From the IMG/VR virus record IMGVR_UViG_3300027798_000045, positions 1 through 61,933 of that record: a DNA stretch of 61,933 nucleotides; one strand, 5' to 3'. Of the stretch, positions 1-10,066 are shown one piece after another; positions within the stretch are counted from its first letter, which is position 1; each line of letters opens with the position of its first letter. The notes under the pieces were generated by a model. The model searched no databases, was not told the DNA's origin, and was given only the letters and a program-made list of their open reading frames with translations. The stretch is from a virus (lineage: Duplodnaviria; Caudoviricetes). The position numbers and the translations under genes were made by a program.

Positions 1-1
1 G

Positions 2-754
2 TACATCGTTCGTGTTCCTGACGCTTCGATTCCTAGCGCGACCGCTCTTGATTCTTTCTCTGCTGGTTATGTAAAAACTCTTGGAAGCTCAGGGTCTGGA
101 GCAATTAACACTTCTGCCACCATTCCAGTTGCAGACATCAGCGGTGTCTTGACTGTCGCAAAAGGCGGAACCGGGGTCGCAACTGTTCCGACCAATGGAC
201 AGATACCGATTGGAAATGGTTCTGGATACACGGTCGCAAGCCTTACCGCTGGCGCGAACATCACGATCACACCCGGCGCTGGCACAATCACCATCGCTTC
301 TGGAACTGCTACGTTCAACTACGTCACGTTCACCCGTAGAGTGACCGGATCTGCGTTGGCGTTATCCTTAATCACACAGACGAACCCATTTAGCCTTACA
401 GACTTTCCATCAGGAACGTGGGCAACGCTTGATTCAGCTTCTGGATTTGTAGCGGCAACTGGTCGATATGTTGTTCCTTATACGGGATATTATAATATTG
501 ATGTTGTACTGAACATAAGCACAACCGGTGTCGCTTCAGACGTCACGTTTCAGATAAAGAAAAATGGAGCTTCTATTTTTACCAGCCTAGCTTTTACTCC
601 TGGAGCAATAGAGGCTCCGATTGCGTTTTCATACATTGATCAAGCGTCAAATGTTGGTGACTATTATGAAGTTTACTACGTTAGAGGTGCATATACTGGC
701 ACAATGTCTTTGAACGCTAGTTCTTCATTCTCGGTGCACCGCATCCAAGCCTAA
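2..754 (+). CDS. Tail fibre-like protein, 5'-truncated, with C1q/TNF-like C-terminal domain
   Basis: Frame open from base 2; LTVAKGGTG fibre motif; TGRYVVPYTGYYNI and VGDYYEVY resemble C1q-type beta-sandwich signatures. Confidence 0.6.
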   Translation, partial: YIVRVPDASIPSATALDSFSAGYVKTLGSSGSGAINTSATIPVADISGVLTVAKGGTGVATVPTNGQIPIGNGSGYTVASLTAGANITITPGAGTITIASGTATFNYVTFTRRVTGSALALSLITQTNPFSLTDFPSGTWATLDSASGFVAATGRYVVPYTGYYNIDVVLNISTTGVASDVTFQIKKNGASIFTSLAFTPGAIEAPIAFSYIDQASNVGDYYEVYYVRGAYTGTMSLNASSSFSVHRIQA

Positions 755-757
755 CCG

Positions 758-2605
758 ATGAGCGAACGCGCACCGAAAAGGTACACCGATGGATCCGTCA
801 CCTTTGAGGGTGGCGTTGATTCTGGCGTGATGCCGTCAGAGGTGGACAGGAACCAGGTCGCGTTCGCGGTCAATGCCAGCTTCCGTCAGGGATTCGCGTC
901 TCCTCGTCCCGGATTCATCCAGAAGGACATGGTCATCTGCGATTCAATCACCGCAGACAATGCGACGATCACTGCGGACATCACCAACATCACGGCTGAT
1001 GGATATTCGGAGGAGTGCTACAATCCAAGCGGATTGACGGGTATCCTTCAATGCGCTCTTCCGTATATCGCAGACAACGGAAGGACGTTCATCCTGATGT
1101 TGATCAGTGGCAAAGTTTGGCTGTACGACATCGACCAGAACAGCGTCCAAAACATATCCACATCCTCAAGTCTTTATAACCCTTCCAACATCCTTGATGG
1201 ATGGATGGTGCAGGCAGAAAACTTTGTCATCATCCAAGATGGTGTCAGTGATCCTTTGATTTTTAATGGTGTAGGAATCCGAAGAGCCAACATTGATGAG
1301 ATCAAGTGCGGGAGGATGATGGCCTACGTGAACGGGCGAATCTGGTACGCTCTTGAAAATGGGTTCTCATTCAGAGCAACCGATATCGTCTATGGTGACG
1401 GAACGCGCGCGAGCGTTTTGAAGGAAACCGAAAACACTTTCTTGAACGAGGGCGGAGATTTCGCCGTTCCTTCTGATTCTGGCGGTATCACGGCGATGGG
1501 CATACCGGGAAACCCGGACACATCGCTCGGCCAAGGCCCGCTCCTGATCTTCACTCCTCGATACGTTTTCAGCATCAATGCTCCGGTTGATCGTGATATC
1601 TGGAAGAACCTGAGCTATCCAATCCAAGCAATCAGCTTGTTGACCAATGGTGCTCTTGGTTCTAGGTCGGCCATCACTGTCAACGGTGACGTTTTCTATC
1701 GGGCGGTTGATGGAGTGCGCTCGTTCATCATCGCAAGGAGGTCGTTCAACGATTGGGGGAATACCCCGATCAGCAACGAGGTGCTGAACATCACCGACAA
1801 CGATCAGACCAATCTTCTTTGGGCAAGCTCTGCGGTCGTGTTCGACAACCGGCTGTTGATGACTGCACAGCCGAGATATAACTCTGAAGGCGTCATCCAC
1901 AAGGCGTTGCTTGTCCTTGATTTCGACCTGATCACGTCGCTGCGGAAAAAGTTCCCACCGGCTTGGGCTGGAATCTGGACCGGCCTCGACGTGTTGCAGG
2001 TCTTGAAGTCAGAGAATGCTTACGGTGACCGATGCTTCATTCTTGCTCGCGGTTCTGACCAATCAATCCAGTTCTGGGAAATCAGCAAGGCGGAGAAGGA
2101 GGACAACAGCGTTGCGAACGGACCAAGCTCGATTGAGTGGTTGGTGCAGACAAGGGCTTACAACTTTGAGATTCCGTTCGGACTGAAGCGGCTTGATTCA
2201 GGGGACATCTTCATCGATGCGCTTGATGGAACCGCTGCGTTCAATGTGCAGTATCGACCTGACCAATATCCAGGATGGCTGGATTGGGCGAACTGGTCGG
2301 AGTGCGCCACAACGAACCAGTGCAGCAACCTTTGTCCGATTGCTAACTTCCAACCTCAGTACAGGCCGAAGATGCGTCTGCCGACCCCAGAAGATACATC
2401 GTGCAATTCAACCATCAGCACCCCGACCCGTAACTTGTACGAAGTGCAGATGGCTTTGACCATCACCGGATTTTGTCGCATCAAGAGCGTCCGCGTCCAC
2501 GCTTACGATGTCCAGGAGTCTGCTGTCGGAGAGTGCAGGACTTCCCAAGGATGCAAGACGCTTGAAGCGTGCGACGTGAACCCGTTTACTTACACATCGG
2601 AATAA
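758..2605 (+). CDS. Tail tubular/nozzle (stabilisation) protein, phage A
   Basis: 615 aa, beta-rich; homologue of 41724-43532 (TENTFLNEGG[D/A]FAVP, PPAW.G.WTGL); first gene of the tail module. Confidence 0.7.
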   Translation: MSERAPKRYTDGSVTFEGGVDSGVMPSEVDRNQVAFAVNASFRQGFASPRPGFIQKDMVICDSITADNATITADITNITADGYSEECYNPSGLTGILQCALPYIADNGRTFILMLISGKVWLYDIDQNSVQNISTSSSLYNPSNILDGWMVQAENFVIIQDGVSDPLIFNGVGIRRANIDEIKCGRMMAYVNGRIWYALENGFSFRATDIVYGDGTRASVLKETENTFLNEGGDFAVPSDSGGITAMGIPGNPDTSLGQGPLLIFTPRYVFSINAPVDRDIWKNLSYPIQAISLLTNGALGSRSAITVNGDVFYRAVDGVRSFIIARRSFNDWGNTPISNEVLNITDNDQTNLLWASSAVVFDNRLLMTAQPRYNSEGVIHKALLVLDFDLITSLRKKFPPAWAGIWTGLDVLQVLKSENAYGDRCFILARGSDQSIQFWEISKAEKEDNSVANGPSSIEWLVQTRAYNFEIPFGLKRLDSGDIFIDALDGTAAFNVQYRPDQYPGWLDWANWSECATTNQCSNLCPIANFQPQYRPKMRLPTPEDTSCNSTISTPTRNLYEVQMALTITGFCRIKSVRVHAYDVQESAVGECRTSQGCKTLEACDVNPFTYTSE

Positions 2606-2606
2606 T

Positions 2607-3365
2607 ATGGCAAATCTAACACTGATCAACCTTGTTCCTCCAAGCCTTCCTGTAAACTATTGCCCGACCAACTACCAGACGTTGGCCAACGACATCATCA
2701 GTGGGACGCAGGCGGTTTTCAACAGTACCATCGGGAACTCGTTCTTCAACTTTGGAGCATCGTTTCCTGCGATCAACAACCGTGTTTATCCTTGGCTCGA
2801 TGACCAAGGGCTTTGGTGGATCTTCACCCAGGGGTTTTGGATCCGAAAGAACACGGTCGAAGCGGCTGGTCAAGAGCGGCGGATGTTTGTTGGTTCGACG
2901 ATTGATCTTGGGCTGTACGACGGTGGCGATGGTGCAGTCACGGTCACAAGCGTCACAGGTCCGATGTGGGAGATTGATGCAGCGTTCGCGGCACGATTCC
3001 CGGTCGGTGTCGGAGCTTTTGCGGCGAGCGGCGCTGTTGCTGTGAATGGAACCGCAACGGCCACGGCTGTTGTCGGAGAAGACCAACACAAGCTGACCAC
3101 TCCAGAATTAGCAGTTCACACGCACGACATAGCGATACAGGTGTTTGGTCATGGAGGAGAAGATGGAACAAGGGATTCTGCGGATGGCGGAACCTATTCC
3201 AACCCTGTGACAAACAATACGACTGTGTTCCCAGCCGCAACACTTGATACGAGCTTGGACGCGGAAGCGGTTAGCGTAGGTGGCGACATCGCTCACAACA
3301 ACCTTCCTCCGTTCTATGGTGTTTACTTCATCAAGCGGACCGCGCGAGTCTATTACACCAAATGA
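2607..3365 (+). CDS. Tail/collar-associated structural protein
   Basis: GEDQHKLTTPELAVHTH and AHNNLPPFYGVYFIKR resemble tail-collar/baseplate fibre motifs; syntenic with 43536-44510. Confidence 0.6.
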   Translation: MANLTLINLVPPSLPVNYCPTNYQTLANDIISGTQAVFNSTIGNSFFNFGASFPAINNRVYPWLDDQGLWWIFTQGFWIRKNTVEAAGQERRMFVGSTIDLGLYDGGDGAVTVTSVTGPMWEIDAAFAARFPVGVGAFAASGAVAVNGTATATAVVGEDQHKLTTPELAVHTHDIAIQVFGHGGEDGTRDSADGGTYSNPVTNNTTVFPAATLDTSLDAEAVSVGGDIAHNNLPPFYGVYFIKRTARVYYTK

Positions 3366-4333
3366 AACTGATTGTTCAGGACATCCAATCGACGATTGCC
3401 CGCGTTGTCGGCGTGTGTGTCGATGATCCGCGCGTCTATGACTACATCAATCAGGCGTGTCGCCGATTGCTTCACAAGGGTCTTTGGGCGGGAGCGTACG
3501 GTCGGTTCACGATAAACACCGTTGGTGGGTGTATAACTTGGCCTAGACAGATCGAGACGATTGAAGCGGTGGCAGATTGCTGCGGCGTCGGTACTGTTCG
3601 CAACCAATGGTTCGAGTTCCAAGAGAGCGGATATGGATTGCTCGGTGAAAACTCGGCGTGCGCCGGCAAACAGCTTGTCGATCGAGGAACGGTTGTTTCT
3701 TACCGAGACATGTCCGGTGGATTGAACAGCTATATTCGAGTCTATCCAGGCGATGCGTCGGATGTCGGCAAAACCATCACGCTTCAGGGGGTGGACCAGA
3801 ACGGTCAATGGATCAGGACGCTATCTGGAGGCGTTTGGATTGATGGCGAAAAGCTGACCTTGGCTCTTCCGTACGTTCAATCCACCAAGAAGTTCACCAG
3901 CCTTACAGGGGTCATCCGCGAGGCGACGAACACGGCGAGCCGATTGTACGAGTACAATGCTACAACTCTTTTGGAGCTTGATCTGGCTGTGTACGACCCC
4001 GATGAGACGCTTCCTCAGTATCGTCGCAGCTATCTCGCGGACCGTTGCAGCAGCGACGACAGCAAGCCGGTGACGGTCATGGCGAAGATGCGTCACGTCA
4101 ACGCTACCGGAGTGAACGACTATCTGATCCCGCCTTCTCCTGACGCCATCAAGTTGATGGTCATGGCAATCCGCAAAGAGGAGAACGACTTGATACAGGA
4201 AGCAGTGGCCTACGAATCGAAAGCGGTACAGGCTGTACAGGAACAGACGATGCAATATCTTGGCGACGCAGTACACACCATCAGGATGGTCGGGGTCGGC
4301 TTGAACGGTGGAGGTTTTTCCCAATGGTTCTGA
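3362..4333 (+). CDS. Tail adaptor/tubular protein A-like, phage A
   Basis: Homologue of 44514-45566 (CITWPR, NxWFxFQE, LxDRG, QGxDQNG); YINQACRRL N-terminal adaptor-like helix. Confidence 0.6.
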   Translation: MKLIVQDIQSTIARVVGVCVDDPRVYDYINQACRRLLHKGLWAGAYGRFTINTVGGCITWPRQIETIEAVADCCGVGTVRNQWFEFQESGYGLLGENSACAGKQLVDRGTVVSYRDMSGGLNSYIRVYPGDASDVGKTITLQGVDQNGQWIRTLSGGVWIDGEKLTLALPYVQSTKKFTSLTGVIREATNTASRLYEYNATTLLELDLAVYDPDETLPQYRRSYLADRCSSDDSKPVTVMAKMRHVNATGVNDYLIPPSPDAIKLMVMAIRKEENDLIQEAVAYESKAVQAVQEQTMQYLGDAVHTIRMVGVGLNGGGFSQWF

Positions 4334-4416
4334 ATATGAAAACCATGAACATTGAACATGAAAAATCATTCTTGATTGATAATTGCAATCAATTCACAAA
4401 GGAGGAATTTTAATTT

Positions 4417-5274
4417 ATGGCAGAGGGACTTCTTGGGGGCATAATTGGATCCGCTGGCGGTATTTTGGGCGGTTTGCTTGGGGCTGGCAAAAAGCCCGTT
4501 ATTCCAGCATTCAAGCCCATTGATTTTGCCGCAGAGCAAAAACAAGCAATCAAGCAAAACCTTGGTTCATTGTCTTCTGCGTCAGAACTTGCAAGAAAGA
4601 CAACGACTGCTGACCAGAGCGTTCTGGAGGAACAGCTTCGGCGGGCCATCCCTGGTTACGACCAGTTGATTGCACAGGCAGGATCAAACATCGGAGCGTC
4701 TTTGCGAGGCGAAATCTCGCCGGAAATATCTTCACAGGTTCAACGGTCAACCGCTGGACGAGCATTGTCCGGTGGCTTTGGTGGTGCAAGCGGGATGGGC
4801 CGATCGTTGACTGCGCGCGACCTTGGACTGACCGGCATGCAGATCCAGAACCAAGGATTGCAGCAGGCACAGAGCTTTATCCAGCAGCAGCGTATGTTTG
4901 GAATGGTCCAACCGTTCTCGACCAGCAGCATGTTCATCACGCCGGCACAACGCGTCGGGGTTTTGCAGCAGCAGCAGCAAGCTCAATACAGTCGGGATTT
5001 GCAAGCTGCACAGGTGTCTGCTGCTCCAAATCCGATGATGTCTGCTCTTGGTGGATCTCTCTCAACTATTGGTGGTCTTGTTGCTGGTCCTGCGTTCAAT
5101 CAATACTTTGGACAAGGAAATGGGCAGGGCGCACCCGGTGGCCAATCTTCTCCGTACAACTACGGGAATGTAGATAACATGATGAACGGCCCTTCTCAGT
5201 CTCAAAACCTGTATAGTCAGCCGATGAACTTTGGTTCTTCGGGTTACGGAAATTACGGTGTTGGCTACAACTAA
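4417..5274 (+). CDS. Internal virion/ejection protein
   Basis: Gly/Gln-rich with hydrophobic Gly-rich N-terminus; homologous to 45566-46249 (QVxRSxAGRALxGGF...LTARD). Confidence 0.6.
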   Translation: MAEGLLGGIIGSAGGILGGLLGAGKKPVIPAFKPIDFAAEQKQAIKQNLGSLSSASELARKTTTADQSVLEEQLRRAIPGYDQLIAQAGSNIGASLRGEISPEISSQVQRSTAGRALSGGFGGASGMGRSLTARDLGLTGMQIQNQGLQQAQSFIQQQRMFGMVQPFSTSSMFITPAQRVGVLQQQQQAQYSRDLQAAQVSAAPNPMMSALGGSLSTIGGLVAGPAFNQYFGQGNGQGAPGGQSSPYNYGNVDNMMNGPSQSQNLYSQPMNFGSSGYGNYGVGYN

Positions 5275-5282
5275 AAATTCTT

Positions 5283-6626
5283 ATGGCCGACCAATTTCTT
5301 GAAGCATTTCAGATTGGCGCATCGTTGTACGATCGCGCGCAGACACAGCGTAGGATGATGGATCAGGTCAACATGCAAATGGCCGACCAACAGATTCGTA
5401 AGGAGCAATCTGAGCTTCAAAACAAGATTCAGCTCAATGCTTACAATCAAGCCCTGGACGAGCAGTCAAAACTCACGAACGATTATGGAAACATGCAGAC
5501 AAACCTGCAAATGCGTGATGAGTTTTTCAGAAATCCAAAAGCTGAATTTCCAAAATTTCTTCCGGTACAGTCAAAGTCAAACCAGAACGTAATGTTTCAA
5601 GTTAGTCAGCAATTGGATAATTACGCGCCTCGCGCACGACTCCAGAAATCTTTACAGACAATAGAAAACAAACAACTCAGCGATGCGGCTGATATTCAAG
5701 AGCTGTACAATGTTAAGGTTGTAACTTCAGAAGGGTCTATTGATCAGGGTGTTTTTGATAAGTACATGCCGAAACTTCGAGAAGTCAGACAACTAAAAGA
5801 GTACAGCCAAGACGTAAGGGCTGCATATACTCAGACGGATAATACCCTCCCTTTTGAGCAGCGAATTGGTGATGCAATTTTAAAAGCAAAAGAACGCGCA
5901 AAATCTCCAACAGAAAGAACTCAAGAGCGTAACGCTGAACTCGCCATCGCTGAGTACACATCTGCATTTGGAAAACCAGACGAACAGACTGATTCATACA
6001 TCAGGAATAACGCCCTGACTGGTAAGTGGAAAACTCCTGAAGGTAATGATCAGAAACGAATCAGGGGTGACGAAATTATTTCCAACTCTGCGTCAATGCT
6101 TGCTGATCAACTAGATAAATTTGAAAAGCAGTTTGGTGCTGGTGCAATTCAAAAATATGTCGGACTCATTGACGGCAAGGTTGAAGAATTAAAAAGAAAG
6201 ATTTCTTCCGCTAAAACTGAGGAAGAAAAACAAGCGTACGCTTTGCTTCAAAGATTTCAGAGCAACTTTAACACTGTTGCTTTTGAAAAATCTGGCAAGG
6301 CTGTAACCTCTCAGGAAATGGAAAGACTTAAGGCTTCTCTTGGAAATATCCAGAGCAACAACTTTGGTGATGATGTCAGGAACTTTGCGTCTCTTGTTGC
6401 TGAAGATTACTATGGAACTGTCAGGTCGTTCAAGGATCAGTACAGGATTACTCCGGGTCAGGTGAATCAAGCTAATAAGTTTGTTACAAAATACAAATTA
6501 CCATTTCCTACGTTTGGACAGCAGCAATCAGTTACTCCTACCACACCTGATTCATCCACTCCATCGGTGGGCCAGCCTGCTGGTGGTGGCATCAAAATCA
6601 TATCAACTGAAATCCTTGGACAATAA
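5283..6626 (+). CDS. Internal virion/ejection protein (helical, 447 aa)
   Basis: Long helical Gln/Lys-rich ORF in the ejection-protein position after the tail genes. Confidence 0.5.
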   Translation: MADQFLEAFQIGASLYDRAQTQRRMMDQVNMQMADQQIRKEQSELQNKIQLNAYNQALDEQSKLTNDYGNMQTNLQMRDEFFRNPKAEFPKFLPVQSKSNQNVMFQVSQQLDNYAPRARLQKSLQTIENKQLSDAADIQELYNVKVVTSEGSIDQGVFDKYMPKLREVRQLKEYSQDVRAAYTQTDNTLPFEQRIGDAILKAKERAKSPTERTQERNAELAIAEYTSAFGKPDEQTDSYIRNNALTGKWKTPEGNDQKRIRGDEIISNSASMLADQLDKFEKQFGAGAIQKYVGLIDGKVEELKRKISSAKTEEEKQAYALLQRFQSNFNTVAFEKSGKAVTSQEMERLKASLGNIQSNNFGDDVRNFASLVAEDYYGTVRSFKDQYRITPGQVNQANKFVTKYKLPFPTFGQQQSVTPTTPDSSTPSVGQPAGGGIKIISTEILGQ

Positions 6627-6629
6627 CTT

Positions 6630-9467
6630 ATGCCACGCTTTGCTGTAACAGTTGACGACAACGGAGTTCAGAAACGAATTGTTCTGGAATCTGATACTCA
6701 GCCGACAGAAGCGGACGTCCTTTCCGCGTTGCGTGGACAATCGCAATCATCAACCCCAGCCACCCCTGCTCAACCATCCGCTCCTGTCGCTGACCTTGGC
6801 TCTGCTGAACAATTGCAGAGTGCGGTGAATGATGCGAAGAACATTGGTTACGCAAGAGCCGCAGCCGCTGGTGGTGGCGGAGGGTTTATGACATCTCCAG
6901 CAATTCCTGAAGATGTTGCAAGAAAAACCGGCCTTGGAGTTGTTACAACAACTGCTCGCATTGCTCCTCCACTTATTGCCGGTGTTCTTACGGGTGGAAA
7001 TCCTGCTGCAATGGGGCTTGCCGGTTATGCCGGCGAACGAACCGCGCAAAGCATAGAAGGACTTTCTGGCCAACGACAACAGCCGGATTATGGAAAAGAA
7101 TTACAGTCTGGAATTGTTGCTGCAACCCCCGCGCTTGGAATGGTTCAAGGTGTTGCTGGTCCTTTTGCAGCAGGACTTTATCAAGCTGGAAGACAGGCTG
7201 TTGTAAATGCTTCCACTGCCGCTTTTGGTGATGTTATCCAAAAATACATTGATGAAGGAAGGCTTCCAACTTGGGAAGAAATTGGAAAAGAAATCAGTCT
7301 CCCTGCACTTTTTGGAGCGGGTGTTGGCGGCGCTAGTGGAGCAGTAGCGCGACGAGCGAGCTTGCTTACAACCGAACAGCAGATTGCTCAAGCGGGAAGA
7401 GAAGCCTCTGGTCGATTGGAAGTTGTGCTTGGTCCCGAAGCCGCTCCACTTACAGCTACACAGCAAACGGGCAGAAATGTTCCAGGTACATTTGGTCCAG
7501 GCTCTGCCGCACTTGCCGCACAGCAAAGACTTCCAGAAGCGATTCGCGGGAACCTTGGCCTTCCGGTTCAACAGGTAAGAGCAACATCTGCAACCGCACA
7601 GCAAGATATTCTTGGTGCTGAAGCTGTATCAAGGGGAGCACTAAGGACTGGAGCAGCGGGATCCGCTGGCCAAGCCTCTGCTGAAGTCGAAGGAACCATT
7701 GGAACCATTTTGCCTCGCTCTCCAAGGGCGGCATCATTGCAAGACGCAGCAAACAACTCTGTTGGATTCATACGTGGAGAAGATCAACGCCTTGGGGGAA
7801 TCGTTGACAATGCTTACAACAACGTCAGAACAACTCTTACAAGGAGGCTTGGTGGCCAACCTGAAGTTCCAATAGCTCCAAGTCAAAATCTAACCAATAC
7901 AGTAGATGATATTCTTGGCGCGCTTGCGACCGAGGAGCGCATAACAACCACTCCATCTGTTATCATCGGTGGCGCTCCAACAACCACCATTGATCGCATT
8001 CCTTCTCAGTTTTTCAATGAGGCATCTTCGCGCGCAAGAGCATTGCTTGATGTTGCGAGAAGCCCTCAGACCTTTGAACAGATTGTTGGACTCAGGCAGT
8101 CAATCGATGGACTCATCCATCACTTTTCAGAAGTCGCACCGGGCGTCGCTCAGAACCAACTGAGGAGGCTTCGCTCTGCCCTTAAAAATGAAGAGCTTGC
8201 GTCTGCTCGCAGGCTTGGAATTGAGAACGAGGTTGTGACCGCTCAGGGGCTTGCTGAAAACAGGTTCAACTTGCTTCAGGATAATCCGATAATCAGGAGG
8301 GCGTCTATCCCGGCAAGCGACGGGGGGTATCAAAACACAGAGCAGTTCTTTTCTGATCTCGCTAGATCGCCAGAAGGATTCACTTCAATCAGGAATCTTT
8401 TGGCTCCAACCGCGCAGGGGCGTATCCAATTTGACCAGGTTCGGCGTGGTTTTCTTGATTCATTGAGAAGCAGCGCACCTATTGAAATTGGTGGAGTTGC
8501 AACTGAAAACCTTTCTTCCATCGCAAACAACTTCAGGGAGCTTCCTCAAGGGGTGCGAAACATTGTTGCCGGTAGTGAGGCAAACGCAAACAGGCTTCAG
8601 TCTATTTTCAACGATGCTGTTCGCGTTCAAAACGTCGGGATGACAATTCCTGTCGCAACTGGAATCACTCCTCAACAGCTAAATGAAATCACCGATAATG
8701 TTGGAAACATTGCATCTCCTACATTGAGAAACAATGTAATCAATCTAGCGCAGCAAGCTAGGCAGAGGTCGAGAGAGTTTTTCAATACAACCACTAGCCT
8801 CGTTCAGGGAAATCAACTGAATCCAGACGTTGACCCTTCTCAATTTGTCAGAGACTTTTTGTTTAGGTCTGAAAATCCACAGGTTGTACAAAATGCTCTC
8901 AATCAGTTGAATCCTGCGACGCTGAATGCGGTAAGGACAGATGCAGCAACGGCATTGTTGAATCACGTTTCTGAAACCGGGCCTGCAAATCTTCGCAGAG
9001 GTGTTCAAGCTCTTGGAGACATCATAGATGATCCAAACCGGATGCAGATCATTCGTACTGTTTTGGATCCGGCAGACTTCAACATGATCAATGATTACAT
9101 GTTGTGGAATCGCGCAAGGAACATGACGGAGCAAGGGGGGCGTCTTCAACCTGACCAGATTGCAAATTCAATGAGGCGCGCGACTGGAGCAAGGTGGGTA
9201 GTTGACGCAATGGTTGGAAGCGCGCCTGTTCAAAACTTCCTTGCAGCAGTCGTTCGTTTTCCGCAAGCAGGTGCAGGTCTAAAACCAAACATCACTATTC
9301 CTCAAGCAAATGCGTTGGCAAGAAACTCCAACATGTCATTGGTTCAGTTCAATAAAACATGGGATGATTTGTATCAGAAATCTGAAGATGCAAAAGCAAG
9401 CCTTCCAGAAGACAAGCGAAACGTGTTTGAGGATTCTCTTGGTGTTCCCCAAAGGCCAACCAAATGA
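6630..9467 (+). CDS. Large internal virion/DNA transfer protein (945 aa)
   Basis: Ala/Gly-rich hydrophobic N-terminal third, last gene of the ejection module; positional counterpart of 47065-56448. Confidence 0.55.
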   Translation: MPRFAVTVDDNGVQKRIVLESDTQPTEADVLSALRGQSQSSTPATPAQPSAPVADLGSAEQLQSAVNDAKNIGYARAAAAGGGGGFMTSPAIPEDVARKTGLGVVTTTARIAPPLIAGVLTGGNPAAMGLAGYAGERTAQSIEGLSGQRQQPDYGKELQSGIVAATPALGMVQGVAGPFAAGLYQAGRQAVVNASTAAFGDVIQKYIDEGRLPTWEEIGKEISLPALFGAGVGGASGAVARRASLLTTEQQIAQAGREASGRLEVVLGPEAAPLTATQQTGRNVPGTFGPGSAALAAQQRLPEAIRGNLGLPVQQVRATSATAQQDILGAEAVSRGALRTGAAGSAGQASAEVEGTIGTILPRSPRAASLQDAANNSVGFIRGEDQRLGGIVDNAYNNVRTTLTRRLGGQPEVPIAPSQNLTNTVDDILGALATEERITTTPSVIIGGAPTTTIDRIPSQFFNEASSRARALLDVARSPQTFEQIVGLRQSIDGLIHHFSEVAPGVAQNQLRRLRSALKNEELASARRLGIENEVVTAQGLAENRFNLLQDNPIIRRASIPASDGGYQNTEQFFSDLARSPEGFTSIRNLLAPTAQGRIQFDQVRRGFLDSLRSSAPIEIGGVATENLSSIANNFRELPQGVRNIVAGSEANANRLQSIFNDAVRVQNVGMTIPVATGITPQQLNEITDNVGNIASPTLRNNVINLAQQARQRSREFFNTTTSLVQGNQLNPDVDPSQFVRDFLFRSENPQVVQNALNQLNPATLNAVRTDAATALLNHVSETGPANLRRGVQALGDIIDDPNRMQIIRTVLDPADFNMINDYMLWNRARNMTEQGGRLQPDQIANSMRRATGARWVVDAMVGSAPVQNFLAAVVRFPQAGAGLKPNITIPQANALARNSNMSLVQFNKTWDDLYQKSEDAKASLPEDKRNVFEDSLGVPQRPTK

Positions 9468-9616
9468 GCGACTTCGTTGCGGACCCGTTCGTTGCTCCTG
9501 TGCAATCGTTTGATTCTAATAAAAGGACCAAGCAGTCGCTCATTTCTCGTCGCAACAGAGTGAAGAAGAAAATCTCGGTCTATTCAGCTAAAGGATTTCC
9601 GAAGATCAAGCCATGA
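9464..9616 (+). CDS. Small basic protein (50 aa, MSDFVADPF...KGFPKIKP), not in ORF track
   Basis: ATGA overlaps with both neighbouring genes; translated by hand. Confidence 0.55.
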   Translation: MSDFVADPFVAPVQSFDSNKRTKQSLISRRNRVKKKISVYSAKGFPKIKP

Positions 9617-9879
9617 CCTCTCTCTCAAAAAAAGGTAACACCTATCAAGGAAAGAAGGTGTCGCTCAACAAACCGTTCTACACTCCTGGCGAGCGCAAGA
9701 AGAGCGCGGTGTACGTGAAGAACGATAACGGCAATGTTGTGAAGGTCAGGTTCGGCGACCCGGATATGACCATCAAAAAGAACAATCCCGGTCGTAGAAA
9801 GAATTTCCGCGCGCGACACAACTGCTCAGAGGCAAAGGACAAGACAACGCCTAAATTTTGGTCGTGCAAAGCATGGTAA
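9613..9879 (+). CDS. Conserved small basic phage protein
   Basis: VRFGDPDMTIKK...RRKNFRARHNC...FWSCKAW is a pattern I recognise from many phages; function unknown. Confidence 0.75.
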   Translation: MTSLSKKGNTYQGKKVSLNKPFYTPGERKKSAVYVKNDNGNVVKVRFGDPDMTIKKNNPGRRKNFRARHNCSEAKDKTTPKFWSCKAW

Positions 9880-9883
9880 TTTT

Positions 9884-10066
9884 ATGGATAAAATGAAACT
9901 TGGTGGTGGAGGCCGTTACGAAAAACTTATCGGCTCTCTTGAGAAGAAAGGTGTCAAAGACCCTGCTGCTCTCGCGGCATCAATCGGTCGCAAAAAACTC
10001 GGCAAGGAAAAGTTCCAATCGCTTGCCGCTAAAGGTCGGCGTCGAGCGATGAGAAAAGCGTCCTGA
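9884..10066 (+). CDS. Small basic phage protein
   Basis: 60 aa, K/R-rich, DPAALAASIGRKKLG. Confidence 0.65.
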   Translation: MDKMKLGGGGRYEKLIGSLEKKGVKDPAALAASIGRKKLGKEKFQSLAAKGRRRAMRKAS

